Positions 30,153-40,117 of a stretch of 64,000 bases of DNA are shown here, piece by piece. The translations under genes were made by a program, and so were the position numbers. Location of the stretch: positions 1,630,689 to 1,694,688 of the forward strand of contig CP070755.1 in the NCBI GenBank assembly GCA_020348885.1. The letters run 5' to 3'. The notes beneath the pieces were generated by a model, which was not told the DNA's origin, did not search any database, and saw nothing but the letters and a program-made list of their open reading frames with translations. Origin of the DNA: Candidatus Coatesbacteria bacterium. Its GTDB lineage: Bacteria; RBG-13-66-14; B26-G2; WVWN01; G020348885. Position 1 is the first letter of the stretch; every line of letters starts with the position of its first letter.

Positions 30153-31652
30153 ATGGTTTACGACTGGATGCACCTGGCGCCTCACATGGTTCTGGCCGGC
30201 GCCGGTATATTCGTAATAACCCTGGACCTGGTTTGGGGGAAGCTCGGACGCGCATTGGCACCCTGGCTCACGATAGCCGCCGCGGCCGCCGCCGGCGCCC
30301 TGGCCCTCCGGGCGTGGGGCCCCGGCGCCGTAAGTTGGGGCGGGGCTCTCGTCGTGGACAGCCTGTACGTGCTATTCGGCCTCGTCTTCTCCGTCGCGCT
30401 GATTCTGGTCACGCTTCTCTCGCTCCGATATTGGCCATTGGACCAGGAAAGAAAGCCCGAGTACTTCGGACTGCTCCTGCTCGTTACCGCCGCTGTTTAC
30501 TTCATGGCTTCGAGCCTCGACCTCATACTAATCTACGTCGCGATCGAGTTCTCGTCGATTCTATCTTACGTGCTTGCCGGATACTTACGCCGTAACCCGG
30601 CGTCGGGCGAAGCCGGGCTCAAGTACTTCCTCTACGGCGCGTCCGCCTCGGCCGTGATGCTTCTCGGATTCGCCCTATTGTACGGGATGACCGGTACCAC
30701 CAACCTGGTCGGGATAAGCGAAGCGCTGCCCGAACTGGGCCGGTCCGCCAGCGACGTGGGGTACATCACCCTCGTCCCCGGCGCCGTGGAAATCCCGGGC
30801 AACTGGGCGCTCTTCCTGGCCGCCGGGTTGGTGCTCGTGGGCCTCGGTTACAAGATAAGCGCCGTGCCGTTTCATATGTGGGCGCCGGACGCGTACAACG
30901 GCGCTCCTACCCCTATCGCGGCGTTCCTTTCGGTCGCGTCCAAAGCCTCGGGTTTCGCCGTCCTCCTCCGGTTCGTCCTAGTCCTCCACCCGAACCTGGA
31001 GTTGGTCGGCGGCGCGTGGACGTCGTACGTATCGGTCCTCGCGGTCCTCAGCATGGTAATCGGTTCGTTAATCGGCATAGTCCAGAACGACATCAGGCGG
31101 CTGCTGGCGTACTCGTCTATCGCCCACGCCGGGTTCATCCTACTCGGCGTAGTCGCCGATACGCGGCTCGGGTACGCGTCGGTTATCATATACCTGGTCA
31201 TCTACGCCTTTATGAACATAGGAGCCTTCGGTCTGGCGAGTATAGTCGGCCACATTACGGGCGGGTACGAGCTGAGCGACTACTCGGGTCTGGGGCGCCG
31301 GCGCCCGATTCTGGCGGCGCTCTTGGCGGTCTTCCTGCTGTCGCTGGCCGGGATACCGCCGCTGGCCGGGTTCTTCGCCAAGTTTTACGTGCTGGCGGCT
31401 ATTATCCAGACCGGCCACTATACCCTCGCCGTCATCGCCATCTTGATGAGCGTGGTCGGGCTCTTCCTTTACGCCCGAGTCCTCAAGGCTATGTACTTCG
31501 ACAGACCCGAAGAAGCGGTGCCCGAGGTCCGGCGCCTGTCCTGGGCAGGCGCCGTCGCAATGGTCCTCTGCTTCGTCGGGACACTTGCGCCCGGCGTCTA
31601 TCCGCAACCGCTCGTGGCCTGGGCGAAAGAAGCCATCGCGTTGATCTTATAA
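30153..31652 (+). CDS. nuoN: NADH-quinone oxidoreductase subunit N
   Basis: 499 aa with an NuoN/ND2 motif (…FHMWAPDAYNGAPTPIAAFLSVASKASGF…). Confidence 0.9.
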   Translation: MVYDWMHLAPHMVLAGAGIFVITLDLVWGKLGRALAPWLTIAAAAAAGALALRAWGPGAVSWGGALVVDSLYVLFGLVFSVALILVTLLSLRYWPLDQERKPEYFGLLLLVTAAVYFMASSLDLILIYVAIEFSSILSYVLAGYLRRNPASGEAGLKYFLYGASASAVMLLGFALLYGMTGTTNLVGISEALPELGRSASDVGYITLVPGAVEIPGNWALFLAAGLVLVGLGYKISAVPFHMWAPDAYNGAPTPIAAFLSVASKASGFAVLLRFVLVLHPNLELVGGAWTSYVSVLAVLSMVIGSLIGIVQNDIRRLLAYSSIAHAGFILLGVVADTRLGYASVIIYLVIYAFMNIGAFGLASIVGHITGGYELSDYSGLGRRRPILAALLAVFLLSLAGIPPLAGFFAKFYVLAAIIQTGHYTLAVIAILMSVVGLFLYARVLKAMYFDRPEEAVPEVRRLSWAGAVAMVLCFVGTLAPGVYPQPLVAWAKEAIALIL

Positions 31653-31683
31653 AAAAAACGCCTTAAACACCGATACGACTAAC

Positions 31684-31710
31684 CGCCCGCGGGAACGGGC
31701 GGTTTAACGC
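31684..31710 (+). terminator. Weak putative terminator after nuoN
   Basis: ccgcccg cgggaa cgggcgg ttt: a GC hairpin with a short T-run. Confidence 0.3.
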
Positions 31711-31804
31711 TATACGCGTGGCCGGGCAAAAGGTTTGATTTAGGCCGGTCGTTTTGCTAAAATTCCTAAAAGACCGAATATCCCCAAAACGGCGTTAAGA
31801 ACGG

Positions 31805-32932
31805 TTGGCAACCATGTTTAGAAGAGACTATTCCGTACTGATAACCGCCCACTCGGGCGAAAAAGTGTATTCGTTTCACATAAACCGCTGGGCTTTACGG
31901 GCCGCGGCCGTTCTCTTTTTAGCTGTCGCGGCGGGTTCGATCGCCGTAATCTACACGACCGTCGTCAACTACCGCGTTCTCAATGAAGCAGTCGTACCGG
32001 CGTACGCCAGCAACATAATTCTGGCCGAGGAGAACATGCGTTTGTACGAGGAGATAGAGACGCGCGACAACGCCATCGGCAGCCTCGAGTTCCGCGTGGA
32101 GAAAGAGCGGGAGGAGTACGCTCAGGCTCTGGCCCGGCTCCACGCAAGCATAAAGCGCTTGAACAAGTTCTACACGGACTTGAAAATAATGGCCGGGTTC
32201 AGATTGTCCGCCGACGAAGCGAAGCGGCTCAGCGGCGACGTGGAGGACCTCGGTTCCGGGGGTCCGTCTATGGACCGCTACGAGTACGTCCAATCTATGC
32301 TTATACAACAGGACGAGGAGTTCATCCGCGAGAGTATCAACCGCGAAAGCCTTCTAGCGAAGGAATGCTCCCGATGCGAAAAGGAATTCCTGGTCCTGAA
32401 AGCGATGCTGGAGAAGAAGAAGTCGCTACTTGCCGATATGCCGGACATGTCGCCTGTCAAGGGGATTATCACGTCGTACTTCGGGGCGCGGCGCGCCAAC
32501 GGCGTCCACAACGGCCTGGACATCGGGGCGCCATTAGGAACTCCGATAGTCGCGCCGGCTGACGCCGTAGTAATTAAAGCGGGGCCCAGCCCTCTTTACG
32601 GAAATGTCGTCTTTCTTGACCACGGCGAGGGCGTAACGTCCCGGTACGCCCACCTCTCGGATGTGAACTGTTCCGTGGGCGACCGGGTCGTCCGCGGCGA
32701 CGTAATCGCGTTCACGGGCGCCACCGGCTGGGCGACCGGCTCGCACCTCCACTACGAAATCCGTATAAACGGCGTACCGGTGGACCCAATAAACTACCTT
32801 AACGACAAACTTCAAGTCCATATAGTCGACGGGAGCAAGCGGATAAACGTGGATATCCCCGAAGACTTCGAGGAGACGCTGGAGTTGGTGGACGCGGAGG
32901 ATGCACCTATCGGCGGTCCCGGCGAAGAGTGA
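31805..32932 (+). CDS. Membrane-anchored M23 (LytM/EnvC-like) peptidase with an N-terminal TM and coiled coil
   Basis: M23 motifs (…HNGLDIGAPLGTPIVAPADAVV…GATGWATGSHLHYEIRINGVPVDP). Confidence 0.85.
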   Translation: MATMFRRDYSVLITAHSGEKVYSFHINRWALRAAAVLFLAVAAGSIAVIYTTVVNYRVLNEAVVPAYASNIILAEENMRLYEEIETRDNAIGSLEFRVEKEREEYAQALARLHASIKRLNKFYTDLKIMAGFRLSADEAKRLSGDVEDLGSGGPSMDRYEYVQSMLIQQDEEFIRESINRESLLAKECSRCEKEFLVLKAMLEKKKSLLADMPDMSPVKGIITSYFGARRANGVHNGLDIGAPLGTPIVAPADAVVIKAGPSPLYGNVVFLDHGEGVTSRYAHLSDVNCSVGDRVVRGDVIAFTGATGWATGSHLHYEIRINGVPVDPINYLNDKLQVHIVDGSKRINVDIPEDFEETLELVDAEDAPIGGPGEE

Positions 32933-32949
32933 TACGGGGCGTTCGTCGG

Positions 32950-33741
32950 ATGGAAAAACCTATCGCGATAACGATAGCCGGGCACGACCCATCAGGCGGC
33001 GCCGGCGCCGCGGCGGACGCAATAACTTTCGCGGTGCTCGGGTGTTTCCCAGCGACCGTCGTTACCGCGATTACATATCAGAACACTACAGGCGTCGCCG
33101 GTTTCGATACGCTCGTGGCCGGCCACGTAGAGAAACAGCTAATAGAAGTTATGAACGACTACCGTATATCGGCGGTGAAACTGGGGATGCTGGGGTCGGA
33201 CGAAGTTACATCCATGTTGGCGCCGTATCTCCGCGGGTATGCGGACGCCAGCGTACCGGTGGTCTGCGATACTGTTTTCACGTCCGGCGCCGGGGAACCG
33301 CTATTCGAGGGCGACGCGGCTGGCGCGTACGTCGAACACGTAATCCCCCATTGTTCGATGATCACGCCGAACCTGCCGGAAGCGGAAACGCTAACCGGTA
33401 AAAAGATAGAAGACCCGCGGTCAGCAGCCGAGGAGTTATACAAGCTTTACGGAATACCGGTACTACTGAAAGGCGGACACGCGCCGGGTTACGTAGTAGG
33501 TGATGTACTCTTCAATGGCCGGGGCTTCGACGAGTTCTCAAGGCCGAGAGTGAAAGGGGAAATACACGGTACCGGCTGTCTACTTTCCGCGGCCATAACC
33601 GCTTATTTCGCCAGGGATTACAAACTCCGCGATGCGGTCTCGGCGGCCGAGGACTACGTCTCGGCGGCGTTGGAAAACCGCCTGACGCCGGGAAAAGGGA
33701 CGGCGATACCCGACCGGCTAGCGGCCATAACGTCGCAGTAA
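32950..33741 (+). CDS. thiD: Hydroxymethylpyrimidine/phosphomethylpyrimidine kinase
   Basis: IAGHDPSGGAGAAADAITFAVLG…GTGCLLSAAI: ThiD/PdxK ribokinase-like motifs. Confidence 0.8.
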   Translation: MEKPIAITIAGHDPSGGAGAAADAITFAVLGCFPATVVTAITYQNTTGVAGFDTLVAGHVEKQLIEVMNDYRISAVKLGMLGSDEVTSMLAPYLRGYADASVPVVCDTVFTSGAGEPLFEGDAAGAYVEHVIPHCSMITPNLPEAETLTGKKIEDPRSAAEELYKLYGIPVLLKGGHAPGYVVGDVLFNGRGFDEFSRPRVKGEIHGTGCLLSAAITAYFARDYKLRDAVSAAEDYVSAALENRLTPGKGTAIPDRLAAITSQ

Positions 33742-34368
33742 ATGGTGTCGAACGCCGCACTTATAGACGAGTTGGCACGTTTACGCATAATATTAACGGT
33801 CCTTATCGGTTTGACCTTCGCGGGTTGCGAAAAGGAAGAACCGCCGGACTACGGGAAATACGCGCCGGCCAAGACGATTCGCGACCTTAACCTGGCGTAT
33901 AATTTCCGGGACCCGGAGCTACTCGCCGGGTTGTTCGACGAAGACGACTTCGAGCTGTTGCCGGGTACGCGGCCGGAAGGTTTCCCGGCCGAATGGGGTT
34001 ATGACGAGGAAACGGCCGCGACCGGGGCCCTGTTGGAAAGCGCGTACACGATAACCTTCGAAATGGTAAGCGACGACGCGTACATCGGCCGGGCCAGGGT
34101 GGATAACACCGAATACGTAACACCCTGGCTCGATACGCGGATTCGGGTCTATCCCGACGAATACAAAGCGTTATACGCGAGGGGCCGCGTCCGGTTCACT
34201 CTACGACGCGGCGGGCCCGACGAGCAATGGAAGATAATTCGACTCGAGGACTACACGGGGCCGGAGTACGCCGACGTATTGGAGAAACCTGACACGGAGT
34301 TGACTTCGTGGACGGCAATTAAACTATCGTACCTCGGCGTAGATACCGCGGAAAAGAGAACCGAATGA
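33742..34368 (+). CDS. Hypothetical lipoprotein
   Basis: Lipobox LTFAGC after a hydrophobic stretch. Confidence 0.45.
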   Translation: MVSNAALIDELARLRIILTVLIGLTFAGCEKEEPPDYGKYAPAKTIRDLNLAYNFRDPELLAGLFDEDDFELLPGTRPEGFPAEWGYDEETAATGALLESAYTITFEMVSDDAYIGRARVDNTEYVTPWLDTRIRVYPDEYKALYARGRVRFTLRRGGPDEQWKIIRLEDYTGPEYADVLEKPDTELTSWTAIKLSYLGVDTAEKRTE

Positions 34369-34970
34369 ACTGGGTCGACCTGGTACTCGCGGCGGTTATC
34401 GTATTCAACGTCGGCCTCGGTATCGCCCATGGCATCTTCCGGGAGGTATTGAGCCTCGCCGGGATCGTAATCGGTATCTTCGCCGGAATAAAAGGCTACG
34501 AAGCTATCGGTTGGCACGTTGAGGGTTTCCTGGGTACGGGGCCGGGGGTCGCGAACCTGGTGGCGTTCGTCCTGATATTCGCCGTAATAGTCAGCGTTTT
34601 TTACTACCTAGGACATTTATTACACAAAGCGGCGGCCAAACTCTTCGTAAGCTGGCTCGACAGGACCGGCGGCGGGGTCTTCGGCGCCGTTAAGGGGTTG
34701 TTGTTCGCGAGCGTAATATCGCTCGTGCTGGCACTATTCCCGTTCACAGACAAGCTGGAGAACGACCTGAATACGTCGATCATCGGCCCCCACGTGGTCA
34801 AGTTCGCGCCGGCGCTCTACGGAACGGTTATGGGATGGGTAAGAGGCGGTGACTACGAAGGGTTGGATATAACTTCTCTGTTGGAAAGTTACGCCGAGGG
34901 CGCGGCCGAGGAGACCGAAGACGAGTCATTACCCGACGACTTCCTGCCAGCCGAAGACGATGAAGAATAG
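34365..34970 (+). CDS. cvpA: CvpA family membrane protein (colicin V production protein)
   Basis: MNWVDLVLAAVIVFNVGLGIAHGIFREVLSLAGIVIG is a typical CvpA N-terminus. Confidence 0.8.
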   Translation: MNWVDLVLAAVIVFNVGLGIAHGIFREVLSLAGIVIGIFAGIKGYEAIGWHVEGFLGTGPGVANLVAFVLIFAVIVSVFYYLGHLLHKAAAKLFVSWLDRTGGGVFGAVKGLLFASVISLVLALFPFTDKLENDLNTSIIGPHVVKFAPALYGTVMGWVRGGDYEGLDITSLLESYAEGAAEETEDESLPDDFLPAEDDEE

Positions 34971-35781
34971 CGAGGAAAACCCGAAGTTGATAGATCACCA
35001 CGTCCATACTATCTACTGCGGCCACGCCGAGGGGACGTTGGAAGACTACGTGGCGTCGGCCGGGGAAGCCGGCCTTGGAGGCGTCGGATTCTGCGACCAT
35101 TTACCTTTCTTGGCGTTCGAGGATCGGTCGCTCGCTATGTGTTGGGAAGAACTTCCACGGTACGTGGACGAAGTACTCAGACTCGCGGGAAAGGAAAAAT
35201 CTCCCGCCGTCAAATTGGGTATTGAAGCCGATTACTTCCCCGGGCAGGAGGAAACCCTTTACGCTATATTCCGCAACTTCCCCTTTGATTATGTTTACGG
35301 GTCAATACATTTTATCGAAGGGTGGGGCTTTGACGACAGCCGCAACGTAGAAAAGTACGAAGGACTCGACGTGAACGACTTCTACCGGAAATACTACAAC
35401 CTCGTAGTCGAAATGGCGGTAACCGGCCTCTTCGACGTATGGGCCCACCCGGACTTACCCAAAAAGTTCCGCTACCGCCCGGATAACCAGCCAGTCGAAT
35501 TGGTCGAAGCGGCTCTCGAGGCTATAGCCGCCAACGGTATGGCGCTTGAGGTCAATACCGGCGGGCTTCGCAAGCCGGTCGGGGAGGTGTACCCCGAACC
35601 GTGGATATTGGAGATCGCGAACCGCGCCGGCGTACCGATATGCTTTGGCTCCGACGCGCATAAACCCGAATATGTAGGCGCCGCATTCGTCGAAGCCGTA
35701 AAGCTGGTCCGGTCCAGCGGCTACGAATCTCACGTAACCTTTAAGGGGCGGCGTCCGGTGGAGTTGGAACTCCCGACATAA
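34960..35781 (+). CDS. PHP-family histidinol-phosphatase (HisJ/HisK-like)
   Basis: [22 protein letters not shown]…GSDAH: PHP metal-binding motifs. Confidence 0.75.
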   Translation: MKNSEENPKLIDHHVHTIYCGHAEGTLEDYVASAGEAGLGGVGFCDHLPFLAFEDRSLAMCWEELPRYVDEVLRLAGKEKSPAVKLGIEADYFPGQEETLYAIFRNFPFDYVYGSIHFIEGWGFDDSRNVEKYEGLDVNDFYRKYYNLVVEMAVTGLFDVWAHPDLPKKFRYRPDNQPVELVEAALEAIAANGMALEVNTGGLRKPVGEVYPEPWILEIANRAGVPICFGSDAHKPEYVGAAFVEAVKLVRSSGYESHVTFKGRRPVELELPT

Positions 35782-35786
35782 AAAAG

Positions 35787-36515
35787 GTGACGCTTATGCG
35801 TTTAGGCGTGAACATAGACCACGTAGCGACCGTCAGACAAGCTCGGGGAACTTTCGAGCCGGACCCGGTAGCTGCCGCGTTCCTGTGCGAGCGGGCCGGC
35901 GCGAGCCACATCACGATGCACCTTCGCGAGGACCGTCGCCATATCCAGGAGAGGGACTTGGCGATATTGAGCGAGGTCGTCGCCACCGGTATAGATTTGG
36001 AAATGGCCGCGACCGCAGAGATGGTCACAATCGCGAAGAAGTACGAACCGACGTTCGTAACCCTCGTCCCGGAGAAGCGCGAGGAGTTGACTACCGAAGG
36101 CGGCTTGGACGTCGCCGGGCAAGCGGAGCGGTTGACCGAGGTCATCGCCGAATTAAAAACGGCCGGCGTACCCGTCAGCACGTTCATAGAGCCGGAGGAA
36201 GCGCAAATAGACGCGTCGGTCGAAATCGGAGCCGAAATCGTGGAAATACACACCGGCTCGTACGCCAACGCGACCGGAGATGAAAGGGAACGGCAACTGG
36301 AACGCATAATGACTGCGGCCGAGCACGCTTCCGGCGCCGGTCTTTCGGTAAGCGCCGGCCACGGGCTGACATACTACAACGTAGCGCCGGTCGCGGCGAT
36401 ACCGGAAATCGAGGAACTGAACATAGGTCACAGCATAGTATCCCGAGCGATTATGATCGGGATGGAGGACGCGGTACGCGAGATGCTCTCGTTAATAAAG
36501 GAGGCCCGGCGGTAG
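35787..36515 (+). CDS. pdxJ: Pyridoxine 5'-phosphate synthase
   Basis: [23 protein letters not shown]…[13 protein letters not shown]. Confidence 0.9.
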   Translation: MTLMRLGVNIDHVATVRQARGTFEPDPVAAAFLCERAGASHITMHLREDRRHIQERDLAILSEVVATGIDLEMAATAEMVTIAKKYEPTFVTLVPEKREELTTEGGLDVAGQAERLTEVIAELKTAGVPVSTFIEPEEAQIDASVEIGAEIVEIHTGSYANATGDERERQLERIMTAAEHASGAGLSVSAGHGLTYYNVAPVAAIPEIEELNIGHSIVSRAIMIGMEDAVREMLSLIKEARR

Positions 36516-36898
36516 TGGCCGTCGTCGGCATAGGGCTGGACGTAGTAGACGTTCCCCGGTTCGCCGGGGTTTACGAACGTTTCGGCGAAAAGTTCCTGCG
36601 GCGAGTCTTCACCGACGCGGAACGGGTTTACTGCGGGAAACGGGCTGAGCCGCTCAACTGCTACGCTGGACGCTTCGCCGCCAAGGAAGCCGTCTTCAAA
36701 GCTATCGGCGGCGGAACCGGCGTACCTATCCCGCTCCGGGACGTCGAAATCGCGATGGACGGACGCCGCCCGACGGCCCGCCTGCGGGCGACGGCCGAAA
36801 GATTGGCCGGCGAACGCGGTATAACGGATATACACGTAACGATAAGCCACGACGCCGGCGTTGCGGCCGCGGTGGCGGTCGCCGTTAACGATAAGTAA
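36515..36898 (+). CDS. acpS: Holo-[acyl-carrier-protein] synthase (GTG start)
   Basis: VVGIGLDVVDVPRF…FAAKEAVFKAIG. Confidence 0.88.
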   Translation: MAVVGIGLDVVDVPRFAGVYERFGEKFLRRVFTDAERVYCGKRAEPLNCYAGRFAAKEAVFKAIGGGTGVPIPLRDVEIAMDGRRPTARLRATAERLAGERGITDIHVTISHDAGVAAAVAVAVNDK

Positions 36899-36905
36899 CC
36901 TCCTA

Positions 36906-38276
36906 ATGTTAGAAGCCGAGAAGATTAACCCGGCGGGAATACCCAACGAAGTAGTTTCGGTCGTCCGCCGCCTGCAGGAGGCAGGTTACGAAGCGTATCT
37001 GGTAGGCGGATGCGTACGGGACCTGGTTATGCGAGCGGAACCCGACGACTACGATGTCGCGACGGATGCCCGGCCCGACGAGGTCGCCAGGTTATTTCCG
37101 CGGACCGCCCCTACCGGGGTTAAACACGGTACCGTCAGCGTCCTCGGCGAACGCGACCGGTACGAGGTCACGACTTACCGCTGCGACGGGAAGTACGGCG
37201 ACGCCCGCCATCCCGACGAAGTCGCGTTTACCGGCGACATATACGAGGACCTGGCGCGCCGGGACTTCACTATCGGCGCGATGGCTTACGACCCGATAAA
37301 CGACGCCTTCCTGGACCCCTTCGACGGCGTACAGGATTTCCACGACCGGGTTATACGAGCAGTAGGCGACCCGGTCGAACGTTTCTACGAGGACGGATTA
37401 CGGCCGCTTCGGGCGGTTCGATTCGCCGCCCGTTTCGGCTTCGCCGTGGACCCTGCCACTTTCGCCGCGATTCCCAACGTTCTCGACAGGGTTAAGATGG
37501 TTTCCGCAGAACGGGTCCGGGGCGAGCTTATGAAGATGTTGGAGCAATCACCGAAACCGTCTTACGGACTCGAGTTAATGCGAGAATCGGGGTTAATGAA
37601 GCTTTTCTTACCGGAGCTCCTGGACGGATACGGTGTTGAACAGAACAAATTCCACGCGTACACAGTTTACTTGCACAACATATACACTTGCGATAACGCG
37701 CCGGCGGACAAACCTTTGATAAGACTCGCCGCAGTATTACACGACGTAGCTAAACCCCAAACCCGCCGGGACCGAAACGGGAAAGTAACGTTTTACAACC
37801 ACCAAGTGATCGGCTCCCGAATGGCTAAAAAGATAATGGAACGGCTCCGGTTTAGTAAACGGGAACAGGACTTCGTCCGTCATCTGGTTTACCATCATAT
37901 GTTCGGCTATACCGACGAATGGACGGATTCGGCGGTACGCCGTTTCATCCGCAAGGTCGGACGGGAGTTCGTCGATGACCTGTTCGAGTTGCGAATTGCC
38001 GACACTATCGGGAGCGGACGCCTGCGGGCGTTCCCGGTTTACCTCGAGAAGCTGAAGCGGCGTATCGACAAGGAATTGGCCGGTCAAGACGCGTTCAGCG
38101 TGAAGGACCTGGCCGTGGACGGCGAAGAAGTTATGGAACGGCTGGGAATCGCGCCCGGGCCGGAAGTCGGAAACGCGCTTAAGTTCCTGCTCGAAAGGGT
38201 ACTCGACGAGCCGACCCTGAACCGGCGAGAGAAGCTACTGGAACTGTTGGACGAATATAAGGTTCTAACGGCGTAA
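36906..38276 (+). CDS. cca: CCA tRNA nucleotidyltransferase / poly(A) polymerase family with a C-terminal HD domain
   Basis: YLVGGCVRDLVM…DYDVAT…; HD motif LHDVAKP. The ATG at 36906 was chosen within the TTG-initiated ORF. Confidence 0.85.
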   Translation: MLEAEKINPAGIPNEVVSVVRRLQEAGYEAYLVGGCVRDLVMRAEPDDYDVATDARPDEVARLFPRTAPTGVKHGTVSVLGERDRYEVTTYRCDGKYGDARHPDEVAFTGDIYEDLARRDFTIGAMAYDPINDAFLDPFDGVQDFHDRVIRAVGDPVERFYEDGLRPLRAVRFAARFGFAVDPATFAAIPNVLDRVKMVSAERVRGELMKMLEQSPKPSYGLELMRESGLMKLFLPELLDGYGVEQNKFHAYTVYLHNIYTCDNAPADKPLIRLAAVLHDVAKPQTRRDRNGKVTFYNHQVIGSRMAKKIMERLRFSKREQDFVRHLVYHHMFGYTDEWTDSAVRRFIRKVGREFVDDLFELRIADTIGSGRLRAFPVYLEKLKRRIDKELAGQDAFSVKDLAVDGEEVMERLGIAPGPEVGNALKFLLERVLDEPTLNRREKLLELLDEYKVLTA

Positions 38277-38287
38277 AAAGTCCGAAA

Positions 38288-38755
38288 CTAATCCAACCTC
38301 GGAAGGGCCCATTCGTTTTTCGAACTGAGTATTATCGTCACCGGACCGTCGTTAACGAGCTCGATTTCCATCATAGCTCCGAATACTCCGGAAGCGACGG
38401 GCACGCCCAGGTCCGAAAGCTTGCGAATAAAACGTTCGTACAAAACCTCCGCCAGCTCGGGGGGCGCCGCCGCGGTGAAACTCGGGCGACGCCCTTTTTT
38501 CATTTCACCGTGGATCGTGAACTGGGAAACTATCAGGGCGGAATAAGCGGTGTCCAACAAACTCAGGTTCATACGGCCTTCGTCGTCGCCGAAGACGCGG
38601 AGATTAGCTATCTTCTCGGCCAGGTAAACGGCTTCTTTCTCGTCGTCCTCGGCGCGGACGCCAAGCAACACGAGGAGCCCCGGACCTATCCGGCCGGTTT
38701 CCTCACCCGAGACACGGACGCTCGCCCGCGAAACCCTCTGTACGACGGCTTTCAT
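38288..38755 (-). CDS. dtd: D-aminoacyl-tRNA deacylase
   Basis: MKAVVQRVSRASVRV…GPGLLVLLGV…SQFTIHG…. Confidence 0.88.
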   Translation of the reverse strand: MKAVVQRVSRASVRVSGEETGRIGPGLLVLLGVRAEDDEKEAVYLAEKIANLRVFGDDEGRMNLSLLDTAYSALIVSQFTIHGEMKKGRRPSFTAAAPPELAEVLYERFIRKLSDLGVPVASGVFGAMMEIELVNDGPVTIILSSKNEWALPRLD

Positions 38756-38784
38756 ACGCCAATCCGACTATTCGAAATAAAAAA

Positions 38785-38812
38785 AGACAGCCGTCGAACG
38801 ACTGTCTTTTTG
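38785..38812. terminator. Bidirectional rho-independent terminator (A-run, hairpin, T-run) between dtd and the LysM gene
   Basis: aaaaagacagccgtcgaacgactgtcttttt. Confidence 0.7.
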
Positions 38813-38826
38813 CGTTATCGAATCCG

Positions 38827-39300
38827 TTACTGTAACGGCGGAATCGTGAAGACCTGGTCCGGGTAAATCCAATCCGGGTCTTTAATCTGGTCGCGGTTGG
38901 CGTTGTAGATCAAGGGCCATTTGTAGTAGTACGGATGGCCGTAAACCTTTCCGGCGATCATCCAGAGGCAATCGCCGTAGATAACGGTGTACGTATCACC
39001 TTTGCAGAAGCCCTCTATGTACTTCTGGTCTTCGGCGATTATCCCTTTCCACCAGTCCTGGACCTTCTGGATCTTCATTATCTTGCCTTCGAGGGCCTTG
39101 TTCTCGTATTCGACGCCTTCGGCTTCTTTATTTAAGAGAGCCGCATCTTCGAGCATAGCGCCGGTCTGCTCTCTTACATCCATACCCGTCTGACGTTCGT
39201 TTTCGTCTATTTCTTTGACTATCGCGTCCCAGTTCTGGGCGTACGCCAACGCGGGGAGCAGCAAAGAAGCCGCGGCTAATATAAGGACGGTTTTCTTCAC
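38827..39300 (-). CDS. Secreted LysM-domain protein
   Basis: Signal peptide. C-terminal LysM (DTYTVIYGDCLWMIAGKVYGHPYYYKWPLIYNANRDQIKDPDWIYPDQVFTIP). Confidence 0.75.
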   Translation of the reverse strand: MKKTVLILAAASLLLPALAYAQNWDAIVKEIDENERQTGMDVREQTGAMLEDAALLNKEAEGVEYENKALEGKIMKIQKVQDWWKGIIAEDQKYIEGFCKGDTYTVIYGDCLWMIAGKVYGHPYYYKWPLIYNANRDQIKDPDWIYPDQVFTIPPLQ

Positions 39301-39372
39301 AGCGTTTTCTCCACCCCTTTCGTTAGGAGATATTGGAGTTAGTTAACCAGGAATCCCTCCAAAAAAGGGAAT

Positions 39373-39690
39373 CTATTCCCAGCTGGGAGGTTCGTCAAGA
39401 CCGTGGTAAAGCGGCGTAACCGCGTCGCCGCGACCCTTTTCGCAACCGTTGCGCTGGTCGTGCAACTCCTTATGGGTTTCAGCCAGGTCGTCGAGCGAGT
39501 TTACCAACCTTTCGAACTCGCTGTTATAAGCGTCGTTCGCGTCCTTGGCGCGTTGCAGGCGGTCTTCGGCGTCCTGCTTCTGCATCTTCGCGTCGTACCA
39601 AGCCCTGTCGTCGTCGTTCGGACGGCAGCCGATGGTGAAGACCCCGAGGATAAACGCCGCGACAACGACTAATGCGAGTAATTTCCTCAT
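39373..39690 (-). CDS. Small hypothetical lipoprotein
   Basis: Lipobox FTIGC; acidic helical body. Confidence 0.5.
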   Translation of the reverse strand: MRKLLALVVVAAFILGVFTIGCRPNDDDRAWYDAKMQKQDAEDRLQRAKDANDAYNSEFERLVNSLDDLAETHKELHDQRNGCEKGRGDAVTPLYHGLDEPPSWE

Positions 39691-39809
39691 CCTGGAACTC
39701 CACCTCCCTTCGAGGCCGTTAATTTATTAATAGGTTACGTTTATAATTTATGAATCCGTTTCGGGTAAGCTGGGAACCGCATCCTATCCTCCCGCGCCGG
39801 ATTTGCCGC

Positions 39810-39838
39810 ATTATACGAAGGGGCGATTTTTTTGTCAA
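39810..39838 (-). promoter_or_regulatory. Perfect-consensus sigma70 promoter on the minus strand (TTGACA-17-TATAAT) driving the lipoprotein gene
   Basis: Reverse complement reads ttgacaaaaaaatcgccccttcgtataat. ~110-nt leader. Confidence 0.6.
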
Positions 39839-40032
39839 GGGAAAAAATTCGCCTTTTTCACACGGCGACGGTACGGGACACACAGACGCGTAAATGTGGC
39901 CGTACGGCGTTTACTTACTCTTTTCGGCTTCGAGGCAGGCGTTAACCTAGGTGCCATTGGGACGACGCAAAAAAACCGACCGTCTTAAGTCGAGACAACG
40001 GCCATACTATACGCTGTAACCCCACATTTCCC

Positions 40033-40061
40033 TTGACAATTGCGGTCTTTTAGATTAATAT
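40033..40061 (+). promoter_or_regulatory. Sigma70 promoter TTGACA-17-TAATAT driving moxR
   Basis: ttgacaattgcggtcttttagattaatat, read directly. Confidence 0.55.
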
Positions 40062-40117
40062 CCACGTCTGATTGCCGTCGGGTTCCCGGCGGGCGTAATC
40101 TTATAACCCGTGAAAAT

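Noticed and set aside
39880-40010. Possible 6S or SRP-like small RNA in the moxR upstream region
   Set aside because: No SRP domain IV motif and no recognisable 6S central bubble. Only a generic long-range helix was seen, so it is kept as a low-interest note rather than a feature.
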